IMG/VR virus record: IMGVR_UViG_3300011417_000011
Location: 1-56,082 of that record
Source of the DNA: a virus
Taxonomy: Duplodnaviria > Caudoviricetes
Length of the DNA stretch: 56,082 nucleotides
Reading direction: 5' to 3' (one strand)
Shown: piece by piece, positions 48,202 through 56,082 of the stretch
Layout: each line of letters opens with the position of its first letter
Position numbering within the stretch: position 1 is the first letter of the stretch
Notes under the pieces: generated by a model
Databases searched by the model: none
Seen by the model: the letters and a program-made list of their open reading frames with translations, nothing else
What the model was told of the DNA's origin: nothing
Translations under genes and position numbers: made by a program

Positions 48202-48216
48202 TATCGTATCTCCTGA

Positions 48217-48414
48217 TTACTCGACGACTTCGATCATCTTCGTGTTAATCGAACTGATCGATTCCTTCCGCCCTCCCTCGTCGGTTGGCATAGGAACGTC
48301 GAAGTCTACTTGACAGTTACAGTACTTTTCTCCAGGAGACACGCTACGCACGGTCCCTCGGATAACGACTTTATCTCCCGGCTTAACGATCTTCCCGTTT
48401 ACATCGTGGGGCAT
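48217..48414 (-). CDS. Small SH3/KOW-like protein
   Basis: MPHD.NG....PGD.V; AGGAG RBS. Confidence 0.6.
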   Translation of the reverse strand: MPHDVNGKIVKPGDKVVIRGTVRSVSPGEKYCNCQVDFDVPMPTDEGGRKESISSINTKMIEVVE

Positions 48415-48417
48415 GAG

Positions 48418-49872
48418 TTATTTCTCCTTAGGTGGCGGCGGAGCAGCTTTCTTAGGCGCCAGCAAAGCCAACATCGCCGGGGTCATCTTCTTCGCATCAG
48501 GCAGCCCAGCGAGACGGCGGAACTCGTTGATCACTTCATCGTCCGGAGATAGGACAGCGCCGGACGTCGCAAGATTACGGATCACGTTCGACATCTCAGT
48601 CATGTCGCGTGACTGGACACTCTCAGCCATTGGAGTCGGCATCATCTCTTCCGGCCAACCGTTCATCATGAAGAGAGGCTTGATCAAGTCTCTCTTGATA
48701 CCGCACCCAGTTTCGTAAAGAGCCCCGTCAACCCTAAGCTCAAACGCTTGACTCTTGCTCTTCGCCAGGGCATAGGACCCAACGTCACCACTGCCCAGCA
48801 GGATGTGCTCGGTTCCCATTACTATGGCGATCTCGTTCGTCAAACGGGAAATCGTTGCGGCGAGCTCTGCCTCCCCGGTCGAAGCTCCTTGGAGAAGCTC
48901 AAAGCTCCAGAGCGGGGTTCCCGTAGGGGTCTGATTTGGATCCTCAGAACGGACCAGGTCAGAATCAAGGAGGATTGAGATATCGGGATTACGGACGTGG
49001 TTCGATAGGAGATCTTTGAGAGGGCGAAGGATCTGCTTATACTGTTCCTCTGTGATCTTACCGTCCTGAACCATCTGCTTGAGCTTCGAGAGTGGCGCGC
49101 GTCCAAGAGGGACACCACGCAGATTCATCTCGAAGCCAATTCCTTCAAGCTGCTGGTATCGACGAAGACGGGTACCAGTTTCAATTACGTGGCGTAAGAC
49201 TCCAAGTCCTGTCGGTGCGTCGTCAATAACATCATCGACGAGATAGAGAAGCTTCGCACGGGGAAGAACAAGCTCCTTCCCAGTATTCGGATCCCGTTGC
49301 GATACCGCTACAAGCTTCCCGCGTTCGACCCACCATCGTTCGATGGTGATCTGAGGACGTGGTTCGATCGACGCGAACCCAATCGTTCCATCCTTACGGG
49401 TCTTCGACGTCCACTCATGCAGGGAGAAGCCATACATTCGGAACATAGAAGCACGCTTCACGACTTTCGGAAGCGGGATGTCCGTGTCCTCCATAACTTC
49501 TTGAGTCTTCTCAGCAAGCTGCTTCGCTTGAGAAGAATCATCCGCAGGAGCAAACTTCCACTTCGCCTTACCAACCAGGTTGAGGTAGTAATGCAAGGAA
49601 GCAGCGACGATCGACAGATTCGCGATTAGGTTCGAATAGGTACGGAACTTCTCAGTCCCACGGGCACGAGGATCCCGTTCCTCCTCGACAATATAACCAC
49701 CGTAGATAACGGTGCCACCCACGCCGACCTGGACGTTCGTTGGGACTGAAGTATTAGCAACAGAAGAAGGGACGCCAGCGGACGCCAGCGTCTCCTCGTC
49801 AGCTTCGACAGCAATCTTCTGCGCCTGCGAAGGCTTAGTAGTAGTCGCCTTGCTCGCCTTCCGTTTCGCCAC
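48418..49872 (-). CDS. Portal protein (DUF935-like)
   Basis: Follows TerL; MYGFS.HE, PRPQ.TI..W, P.GLG.LR, GSYALA.SK. Confidence 0.88.
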   Translation of the reverse strand: MAKRKASKATTTKPSQAQKIAVEADEETLASAGVPSSVANTSVPTNVQVGVGGTVIYGGYIVEEERDPRARGTEKFRTYSNLIANLSIVAASLHYYLNLVGKAKWKFAPADDSSQAKQLAEKTQEVMEDTDIPLPKVVKRASMFRMYGFSLHEWTSKTRKDGTIGFASIEPRPQITIERWWVERGKLVAVSQRDPNTGKELVLPRAKLLYLVDDVIDDAPTGLGVLRHVIETGTRLRRYQQLEGIGFEMNLRGVPLGRAPLSKLKQMVQDGKITEEQYKQILRPLKDLLSNHVRNPDISILLDSDLVRSEDPNQTPTGTPLWSFELLQGASTGEAELAATISRLTNEIAIVMGTEHILLGSGDVGSYALAKSKSQAFELRVDGALYETGCGIKRDLIKPLFMMNGWPEEMMPTPMAESVQSRDMTEMSNVIRNLATSGAVLSPDDEVINEFRRLAGLPDAKKMTPAMLALLAPKKAAPPPPKEK

Positions 49873-51397
49873 CGTTATCTATTCCGATTAGTTCTGGGGC
49901 AGCGACCGAACGACTCGTACCCTTGAGCCGCAGCAGCGCAGCATACATTCTGCTGGCGGCGTCAATCTGGTCCTTGTACACACCGTTCGGGAAGACGCAG
50001 GCTTCATTCAAAAACGCGTCGTTCCACTCTGCTTGAACAAGATATACGTTACCGCCTTCCACCTGAGCGGCTAGAGGTTTTGCTCGATCTTCTTTCGAGC
50101 CAGATTCAGGGGAGAACCAAGCAGTAAAACCATGAAGAAGGTGCAAGATTGCAGACTTCTGCGAAACACCTGCCTGCCCAGGATCCTGGGGGAGGTCCTG
50201 AATCACAGACGTTCCGTCCTTCGTCGCGCAGTCTAGGATCATGTTCTCAACGTCTAATGGAGAACCTTGGATCCTATCGACGTCAAGGATATAGACGTCT
50301 CCTCTGTTTGAGAGTCCTCCCTTACAGCAGGCAGTAAATGCTCCCCCATCCTTTGTGGCAGCAAGGTCCCAACCACGAACTCGAATGAGATTCTGCGGAA
50401 CATCCTTCGAGCCAACGACCTTAAAGTCCTTCTTCTTAAACATCCCGCCGCCACGCGGCGCAGGTCTCTGCTGCAGCTGCCCGGCGATCGCATAATTCCC
50501 ACCCCACGAGGATAGAACAGGCTTCAGTTCACCATCAAGATAATCCTTCGGGAATCGTTCAGGCCAGAGAAGAGTGCCGGGCTCGATTCTCGGATCAACG
50601 AAGTTAATGATCGAACGGCTCTTATGTGGGTGATCAGGCTCATACTCCATAGGAAGACAGAGCAGATCGTAGTTCAATTCCTTCGCGAGAATATGCCCAG
50701 AGACGTCTCGCTCATGGACACGCTGCATAATAACGACAATCGCAGAACTCTTCGCGTCAATAATCCGAGTCGGAACTACTTCGGTGAACCATTGAAGAGT
50801 TGAATCCCGAATAACCTCCGACTCCGAATCCTTCACGTTATGAGGATCGTCAATGATGAACCGATCTCCGCGCTCGCCAGTTCCAAGACCACCAACAGAG
50901 GTCGCAATCTTGAATCCGGTCTTATCAGTATCAAAGCGCACCTTCGCGCTTTGGTCCGAGGCGAGAGCATATCTATGGCCGAATGCCCGCTGGTAACGCT
51001 CAGATTGGATTAGAGAACGGCATCGTCTATTGTCGCGGATCGTGAGCGCCTCAGAGTAAGAGGCGCAGACATATCTCATGTCCGGACGATTACGTGGTCC
51101 CCACTCCCACGACGGCCAAAAGACGTTCGTCGTTAGACTCTTCATGCAACCAGGCGGGACGTTCATCAGAAGCCGACGAATCTGCCCGTCTGTCACTGCC
51201 TGCAAATGCTCACAAATCGCACCAACTGCCCAACCGTTGATGAACTTACGGCCAGGCTCGAGGCAGTCCCAATACAGCGTTATGTAGTCGAGAAGCTTAT
51301 TCGCTGATTGGAGACGGTCTAGGGATGCAAGTGCAGACTGCTTATTAGATAGCAGGAACTGCAGCTGTTCCGGAGTCAATCCCTGCTGGAGCATCAA
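49835..51397 (-). CDS. terL: Terminase large subunit
   Basis: NVPPGCMKS, FIIDDPH, IMQRVHE.D, nuclease WDLA and DQIDA. Confidence 0.95.
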   Translation of the reverse strand: MMLQQGLTPEQLQFLLSNKQSALASLDRLQSANKLLDYITLYWDCLEPGRKFINGWAVGAICEHLQAVTDGQIRRLLMNVPPGCMKSLTTNVFWPSWEWGPRNRPDMRYVCASYSEALTIRDNRRCRSLIQSERYQRAFGHRYALASDQSAKVRFDTDKTGFKIATSVGGLGTGERGDRFIIDDPHNVKDSESEVIRDSTLQWFTEVVPTRIIDAKSSAIVVIMQRVHERDVSGHILAKELNYDLLCLPMEYEPDHPHKSRSIINFVDPRIEPGTLLWPERFPKDYLDGELKPVLSSWGGNYAIAGQLQQRPAPRGGGMFKKKDFKVVGSKDVPQNLIRVRGWDLAATKDGGAFTACCKGGLSNRGDVYILDVDRIQGSPLDVENMILDCATKDGTSVIQDLPQDPGQAGVSQKSAILHLLHGFTAWFSPESGSKEDRAKPLAAQVEGGNVYLVQAEWNDAFLNEACVFPNGVYKDQIDAASRMYAALLRLKGTSRSVAAPELIGIDNGGETEGEQGDYY

Positions 51398-51941
51398 TTA
51401 CCGCCTCAGTAAGAAGCTGTCGTGCGAGCTCGATCTGCCCAGGAGTAAGTGAGGCAAAAATAGCGTCAATCTCAACGTTTACGTTAATATTCGCCTGATT
51501 ATTGATCTGCAACATCTGCGGCACTTCATCCTTATACTCTTTAATGTGCCGCTTAGCGAAGAACTTCAGGAGATCGTCTGACTTTCGGACGCATGTGACT
51601 ACAGTTCCATCCTTCGTCACGCGCTCTGAGATCACGCCCTCAATCGCTCTCCGTTCAACCTCGCGCTCAATCCCATCCTTATAGTGATCGATTGCATAGT
51701 CGCATGCCCGCTGGAACTCCGGATGCTTGTTCCGGTACACGACCATGTCGGAATGATTGACCCCGGCAAACGCAGCAGCATGGGTATAGCGCGCAGACTC
51801 TGCGAGCTTGACCAGGAAAGCGGCCCTCTCGGCAGCAGTCGGGGTCCAGGAGAACCCGGGGACCACGTTTGGCAGAGCCCCATTAACCGGGGCAGGAGAT
51901 TCCCTGGGGAAGCCCCATACGGACTGAGTTTGGACTTCCAT
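51345..51941 (-). CDS. terS: Terminase small subunit
   Basis: FL..LA......AA..AG HTH, E.E..RRA.EG, SD.LL; directly upstream of TerL. Confidence 0.8.
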   Translation of the reverse strand: MEVQTQSVWGFPRESPAPVNGALPNVVPGFSWTPTAAERAAFLVKLAESARYTHAAAFAGVNHSDMVVYRNKHPEFQRACDYAIDHYKDGIEREVERRAIEGVISERVTKDGTVVTCVRKSDDLLKFFAKRHIKEYKDEVPQMLQINNQANINVNVEIDAIFASLTPGQIELARQLLTEAVIDAPAGIDSGTAAVPAI

Positions 51942-52065
51942 GGTGCTATTTACTGTAGCTTAGAACCAAGACTGGGCATAGAACATTCTACACCACCGAA
52001 CAGGCTTCTACTCTCGGCCGAGGTAGAACCCCCACCCACACGGTAAGGCCTACGGCCCAGCTAGG

Positions 52066-52393
52066 ACGCTAAGTCCTTAGAGGCCCTTTAAATCCTTCCT
52101 CCAACCTGAGGTTCCAGCGCCCTTTGAAGTTCGATTCTCTAAGTGTTTGCCTCTACTGCTCTTATCCAACCTACTAACCTACTACAACCTAAATATAGTA
52201 AGTAAAGGTAAAGGGCACCTAAGCCTATGTCCGATATAGGCATTGCTATAGGCCACAGGGCTTTCCTGTGCCAACATAGGCCCCAACAGATTTACTTCGG
52301 GGCGTGAAAATGCTGGCTTGAGGTTCTGAGGTTGGATAAACCCCGCGCTCTACGGGACTTAGAGCGTCTAACTTCGCCTCAACTGGAAGGAGG
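52066..52393. repeat. Non-coding region with inverted repeats and AACCT motifs
   Basis: TTATCCAACCT at ~52162 is inverted at ~52329-52339; GACGCTAAGTCC vs GGGACTTAGAGCGTC. Confidence 0.5.
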
Positions 52394-52627
52394 CAAGTTA
52401 CAGTAGGTGTGATAACCAGCTAAGAGGACGGAGCTTAGAGCAGCAGTTTATAGAGTTGGTAAGGTCCCAACCCCACACAGCACTGCCTAGCATCTGCCCA
52501 GCGGCCGTTGACAGGGAGTAGGGGACAATGGGCGAGCCTACAGCGGCCCAGCGACCACGAGACGCCACTTTTACAGGATATACAGAGTCCACGTCGATTA
52601 CTTTACCGCCCGCCCCGAAAATCCCAC

Positions 52628-52921
52628 TTACATCTTCTCTCTACTCTTCCAGCGGGAACAAAGGAACATTACGGTAAACAGCATATCCGCTTCTCGACCT
52701 TCTGGATCCAACCCACTAATCATACAAGTCTTATCAACCTGTTCGTCAACCTTAGCCACGAAGTCGCATCTTCCAACCATTGTACACAACACATCGATTC
52801 GCTTAACGAGGTGGTCAACCAGACCATCCACTTCAAGCGCATCAGGCAGGTCACTACTAATAAGGACCTGCCTCACATCTTCTTCAATACTCATGGCATT
52901 ATACTTCATCTTTGGCAACAT
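52628..52921 (-). CDS. Hypothetical protein
   Basis: ORF in operon orientation. Confidence 0.45.
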   Translation of the reverse strand: MLPKMKYNAMSIEEDVRQVLISSDLPDALEVDGLVDHLVKRIDVLCTMVGRCDFVAKVDEQVDKTCMISGLDPEGREADMLFTVMFLCSRWKSREKM

Positions 52922-53384
52922 CGATTCCGTCCGGAAGATGATCGCTTAGCACTTCAGCAACCCGACCTCTCCTCTCAGCCGTGTCTCCCTCGCCAGCTAG
53001 AAGTCTTGCAACCCCGACTGCCAGCTGCCTCAAATTCTCCCCATTCCTAGCCTCAGCGTTCTTATCACCTTTCCGCGCAGTCGCGGCAGCACCGACCGCA
53101 GTCCCAATCCCAGTCAGTCCAAACAGGATCTCGGTCCAGGACAGGTTCCCCTCGCTTTTCCCAGTCTTTTCCAGCTGGGCAAACCGGCGCTCAGACGCTC
53201 TCATCCAAGCCGCAGCCACAGATCCAACCTCGCCAGCCCCCGGGACGACAACGCTTTCAGCGAGGTCGCCAGCCAAGCCGGTCCCGTTCCGCCATCCGGC
53301 GGCAGTGCATGAAAACGCGACCCATGACGCGAAGCACGTCACGAGCATGGAGTACCAGAGGTTATTCCGAGTCAGATACTTCAT
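52899..53384 (-). CDS. Putative lipoprotein/membrane protein
   Basis: Signal-like N-terminus with VAFS-C; second hydrophobic segment ILFGLTGIGTAVGAAA. Confidence 0.55.
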   Translation of the reverse strand: MKYLTRNNLWYSMLVTCFASWVAFSCTAAGWRNGTGLAGDLAESVVVPGAGEVGSVAAAWMRASERRFAQLEKTGKSEGNLSWTEILFGLTGIGTAVGAAATARKGDKNAEARNGENLRQLAVGVARLLAGEGDTAERRGRVAEVLSDHLPDGIDVAKDEV

Positions 53385-53512
53385 TGGAGAGTCCTAGAAA
53401 GAACCAGCACAAACACCACCGCGGTAACTACACAGAACACGAACAGGCGCATTGCTACAACGGTAATGCACCCGAGGATAAGCCCAGTTAACCCTGTCCA
53501 GCGCCGTCTCAT
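53381..53512 (-). CDS. 43-aa membrane peptide
   Basis: MRRRWTGLTGLILGCITVVAMRLFVFCVVTAVVFVLVLSRTLQ; ATGA overlaps at both ends. Confidence 0.55.
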   Translation of the reverse strand: MRRRWTGLTGLILGCITVVAMRLFVFCVVTAVVFVLVLSRTLQ

Positions 53513-53865
53513 CTCAGCACCGCCGCCATATCGGGACCCTTCCATCCATCTGGTTTAACAATGGAGGTAACGAGGACACCCTCCTTCGCCATATTAGCGC
53601 GATGGACCTCGGCCCAGCACCGATCAGGGTCTATCCCAAGTTCCACGAACATGCCCAAAACACTATAGATTACATCAACACCTTCTTGGGCAAGTTCCTC
53701 GCGCTTCCAGTCCTTCCTTCTCAGTGCGTCGAGTAGTTCACCACACTCTTCCTCGATTCGGCTAGCACGCGACTTGAGAAGATCTCGATCCCTTCGCAAT
53801 TTCTCACCGAAAGGGCGAAGTGAGAATTTCTTATGGAACTTAAGGACATCGAGAGGCCAGTTCAT
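53509..53865 (-). CDS. MazG-like/PRA-PH family NTP pyrophosphohydrolase
   Basis: V.KFH.KF, IEEE.GEL, E.VD..Y, EVHRANMAK, KP.GW..PD. Confidence 0.85.
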   Translation of the reverse strand: MNWPLDVLKFHKKFSLRPFGEKLRRDRDLLKSRASRIEEECGELLDALRRKDWKREELAQEGVDVIYSVLGMFVELGIDPDRCWAEVHRANMAKEGVLVTSIVKPDGWKGPDMAAVLR

Positions 53866-53980
53866 TCAATCACCGTCACTACAGCACCGTAGCACTTGAA
53901 GCCTGGGAACTGAGAGCTCTCCGACGTAATGAAGCCAACACAGAAGGAGTTAGCTGGAAATCCACTATCCACGGACACGT

Positions 53981-54274
53981 CTATTCCGGTCCAATCCCGC
54001 GCTTCGCCAACGCGGCCATAAGACTCTTTCCCCACAGCCTGAACGGTTTCTTCTTGTTGTCAAACTTCACGATCTTAGCCCGACAGCGCTGCCCAGAATC
54101 GTCGCGGATATTGACGAAACGAGCGGTCACCGCCACACAGTGAACTGGGCACACGGCCACCAGTCGCCGCGCTCTCTTTTCCGTCACAGGTCTACCTACT
54201 CGAATCCGATACTCATCGGTCGTGCCAAGGACCTCATTCTCATAGGTTCCATGACGGTAGATGTTGTACCGCAC
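53981..54274 (-). CDS. Hypothetical basic protein
   Basis: GTG start with GAG-rich RBS. Confidence 0.45.
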   Translation of the reverse strand: MRYNIYRHGTYENEVLGTTDEYRIRVGRPVTEKRARRLVAVCPVHCVAVTARFVNIRDDSGQRCRAKIVKFDNKKKPFRLWGKSLMAALAKRGIGPE

Positions 54275-54296
54275 TCTCTCATCTCCATTCTAATGA

Positions 54297-54371
54297 TCTA
54301 GCCGACAGGATTTGAACCTGCGACCTCCTGGTTCCAGGCCAGGCGCTCTAGTCAAGCTGAGCTACGACTAG
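54297..54371 (-). tRNA. tRNA-Pro(TGG), atypical
   Basis: Acceptor CTAGTCG/CGGCTAG, D stem GCTC/GAGC, anticodon arm CCTGG-CCTGGAA-CCAGG, T arm GCAGG-TTCAAAT-CCTGT, A73; has C33, A37, no D-loop GG, and ends TCA. Confidence 0.75.
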
Positions 54372-54389
54372 ATCTTTCGTTCAGCCGGC

Positions 54390-54821
54390 TCAGTCTTGAA
54401 CGCGACGCCGCGTCGCGTAGTCGGCCTGATACGTCACCTGGAACGTGCCAGCAGGAATGCGATGCGCCGCGTGCTCCGGGTGCGTCAGCAGCCACGGCTT
54501 GGCCGCCACGACCACCGGCCCGAGCAGATCCCCCTTCGCGCACCACTCTGGCGCCTTCAAGTACGCCGGAAGCTGCTCGCCCTCGAACACCTTGAGCTCG
54601 CCCTCGGCGATGTGCCGCGAGCCGACCGTGGTCCCGACGGCAACCTGCCGCGAGCCGCGCTCCACGCCGCGCGGATGGTCCGCCGCGACGCGATGCAGGT
54701 ACACGTCACCCTGATGGACCGTCTTGCCGATCGCGAGTCTCTCCGTCACGCGCTCGGCCGGGTCGGACCGATGCTCGATCACCTTCTGGATCTCTGGCGC
54801 GATCTTCGTCTGCACGGGCAT
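54390..54821 (-). CDS. His-rich partner protein of DUF6745-like gene
   Basis: HQGDV, VA.G...GSRH, LTHPEH....IP.G.F.V..Q; AAGGAG RBS. Confidence 0.7.
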   Translation of the reverse strand: MPVQTKIAPEIQKVIEHRSDPAERVTERLAIGKTVHQGDVYLHRVAADHPRGVERGSRQVAVGTTVGSRHIAEGELKVFEGEQLPAYLKAPEWCAKGDLLGPVVVAAKPWLLTHPEHAAHRIPAGTFQVTYQADYATRRRVQD

Positions 54822-54828
54822 CTCCTTG

Positions 54829-55683
54829 TTAGGACTTCGAAACGATTCGCGACTCATCGAAACCGCAGAGCGCGCGGTGCGCCTCTGCGCATGTCTTCGT
54901 ATTCGGTGGCACCTCGTTGTGATAGACGCGGCCGGTGGAACCGTCCGTCCATACCACAAAACGTCTCCCTTCGTCATCCTCTTGCAGCGCACGCGGGGCA
55001 GACCCGACGATAGCGCCTTCCACGTCGGCGTCGATCAGCTTGGCGCCGATGTCCTCGAGATAGCGCCCCTCGCCGTAAATCTCGCGCATCACCCGACGAA
55101 CCTCGGCGTTCTCCTCTGCCTTGATCTTCTTCAAGGTGATTTGGTCGTGGTGGAGGATAACCCAGTCTGGAACCAGGGTGCCGTGATACGCGAATAGAGA
55201 GAACCCGTCTGGGTACTCGCACGCCGGTCCATCCTCGCAGTGTAGGTTGCCTTGGTCGTCCAGCTTGAGCATCGAGGTCCGCTCGCAAGCAAACGCCTCT
55301 TGATCGTAGAACCATACCCATCCGCATGTTTGTGCAAGGCGGATCAGCGCGTCAAGCTCTTTCACTTCCTCTGTGAGTCCGACGACCTGCCCCATGAAGT
55401 CGTAGAACGACAGCCACGAAGCGTCATGTTGCCCGTACGCAGACGAAGACCAAGACGCCTCCTTGTCGATCTTTCGGACAGCAGTAAGCGCCGCGAGGGG
55501 TGATTGGTGCCAAGAGATAACCTTGGGCGGTGGGAGGTTGTCTGTGGCGTAGGCGTCGCGGATTGCAGCCTCGGCTAGCGTACGATTCGCCGGATCACAG
55601 CAAAGGCCAATCTGGATCCACTTTTGGAAAAACTCCTCCTCACGCGCCATCTGCTCTTCCGTGAGGAATTCAATCCTGTTCAT
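54829..55683 (-). CDS. DUF6745-like protein
   Basis: I..LT.EQ, SPLAA, YGQHDA.WL.FY, CGW.W, LHCEDGPA.EYPDGF...A.HG, I..E.NAEVRR, DGSTGR.Y; AGGAGG RBS. Confidence 0.78.
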   Translation of the reverse strand: MNRIEFLTEEQMAREEEFFQKWIQIGLCCDPANRTLAEAAIRDAYATDNLPPPKVISWHQSPLAALTAVRKIDKEASWSSSAYGQHDASWLSFYDFMGQVVGLTEEVKELDALIRLAQTCGWVWFYDQEAFACERTSMLKLDDQGNLHCEDGPACEYPDGFSLFAYHGTLVPDWVILHHDQITLKKIKAEENAEVRRVMREIYGEGRYLEDIGAKLIDADVEGAIVGSAPRALQEDDEGRRFVVWTDGSTGRVYHNEVPPNTKTCAEAHRALCGFDESRIVSKS

Positions 55684-55994
55684 CGCAGCCTCCTTTTTCG
55701 TGCGTTTGTCCACTGGAGCTCCTCCACGACGCGATCCCTGACACGATCCCAGACACGATTCCGGACGCGAGCCCAGACACAATCCCGGACACGATCCCAG
55801 ACGCGATCCCCGACACGATCCAGGACACGATTCCGGACGCGATCCCCGACACGATCCCGGACGCGATCCCAGACACGATCCCAGACACGATCCCAGACAT
55901 GATCCTCGACGTGATCCTCGACGTGATCCTCGACACGAGCCCGGACACGATCCCCGACACGATCCCAGACACGATCCCAGACGCGAGTGCTCAC
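55680..55994 (-). CDS. Tetrapeptide-repeat protein (21 x V-x-D-R)
   Basis: GTG start; stop overlaps the DUF6745-like ATG; synonymous third-position variation supports this frame. Confidence 0.65.
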   Translation of the reverse strand: MSTRVWDRVWDRVGDRVRARVEDHVEDHVEDHVWDRVWDRVWDRVRDRVGDRVRNRVLDRVGDRVWDRVRDCVWARVRNRVWDRVRDRVVEELQWTNARKRRLR

Positions 55995-56082
55995 TGGATT
56001 CTCTACCCGACACGATCCAGGACACGATCCGCGACACGATCCCAGACCCGATTCCGGACGCGAGCCCCGACACGATCCCGGA
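55727..56082 (-). repeat. 12-bp tandem repeats (consensus GTC TGG GAT CGT) in two blocks
   Basis: Directly visible; interrupted at ~55985-56005; continues off the window edge. Confidence 0.92.
56003..56082 (-). CDS. Second tetrapeptide-repeat ORF (3' end only)
   Basis: ...RDRVGARVRNRVWDRVADRVLDRVG-TAG. Confidence 0.5.
   Translation of the reverse strand, partial: RDRVGARVRNRVWDRVADRVLDRVG

Noticed and set aside
54829-56073. 414-aa ORF with Cys/Ser-rich N-terminus
   Set aside because: Off-frame reading of the repeats; a strong AGGAGG RBS and ATGA coupling support the start at 55683.
55727-56082. CRISPR array or DGR template/variable repeat
   Set aside because: Contiguous 12-bp units without spacers; no cas or reverse transcriptase gene; variation is not adenine-specific.
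1-56082. Stop-codon reassignment
   Set aside because: Genes are full length in the standard code, all three stops are used, and no suppressor tRNA is present.

Overview
The whole window is a tailed dsDNA phage (siphovirus-type, non-contractile tail), coded almost entirely on the minus strand. In transcription order (right to left) it carries: tandem-repeat ORFs plus a DUF6745-like gene pair, an atypical tRNA-Pro and a MazG-like gene; a symmetric non-coding region; TerS, TerL and portal; an ~8.4 kb block of fibre-like and glycan-active proteins between portal and the head-tail adaptors; MuF, protease, scaffold, decoration and major capsid genes; a tail module with a -1 frameshift chaperone and YuA/GTA-like tip genes; a holin-like gene; a 1016-bp IS1-derived element with an 8-bp target duplication that carries a tRNA-Asn; small accessory genes and a PL1 pectate lyase; SNF2 and Dda/RecD-like helicases; an intein-containing class II RNR; and an M6/YuA-type thymidine hypermodification cluster. 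No endolysin, integrase, DNA polymerase or primase was recognised in the window. All family assignments come from motif recognition by eye; no database search was run.
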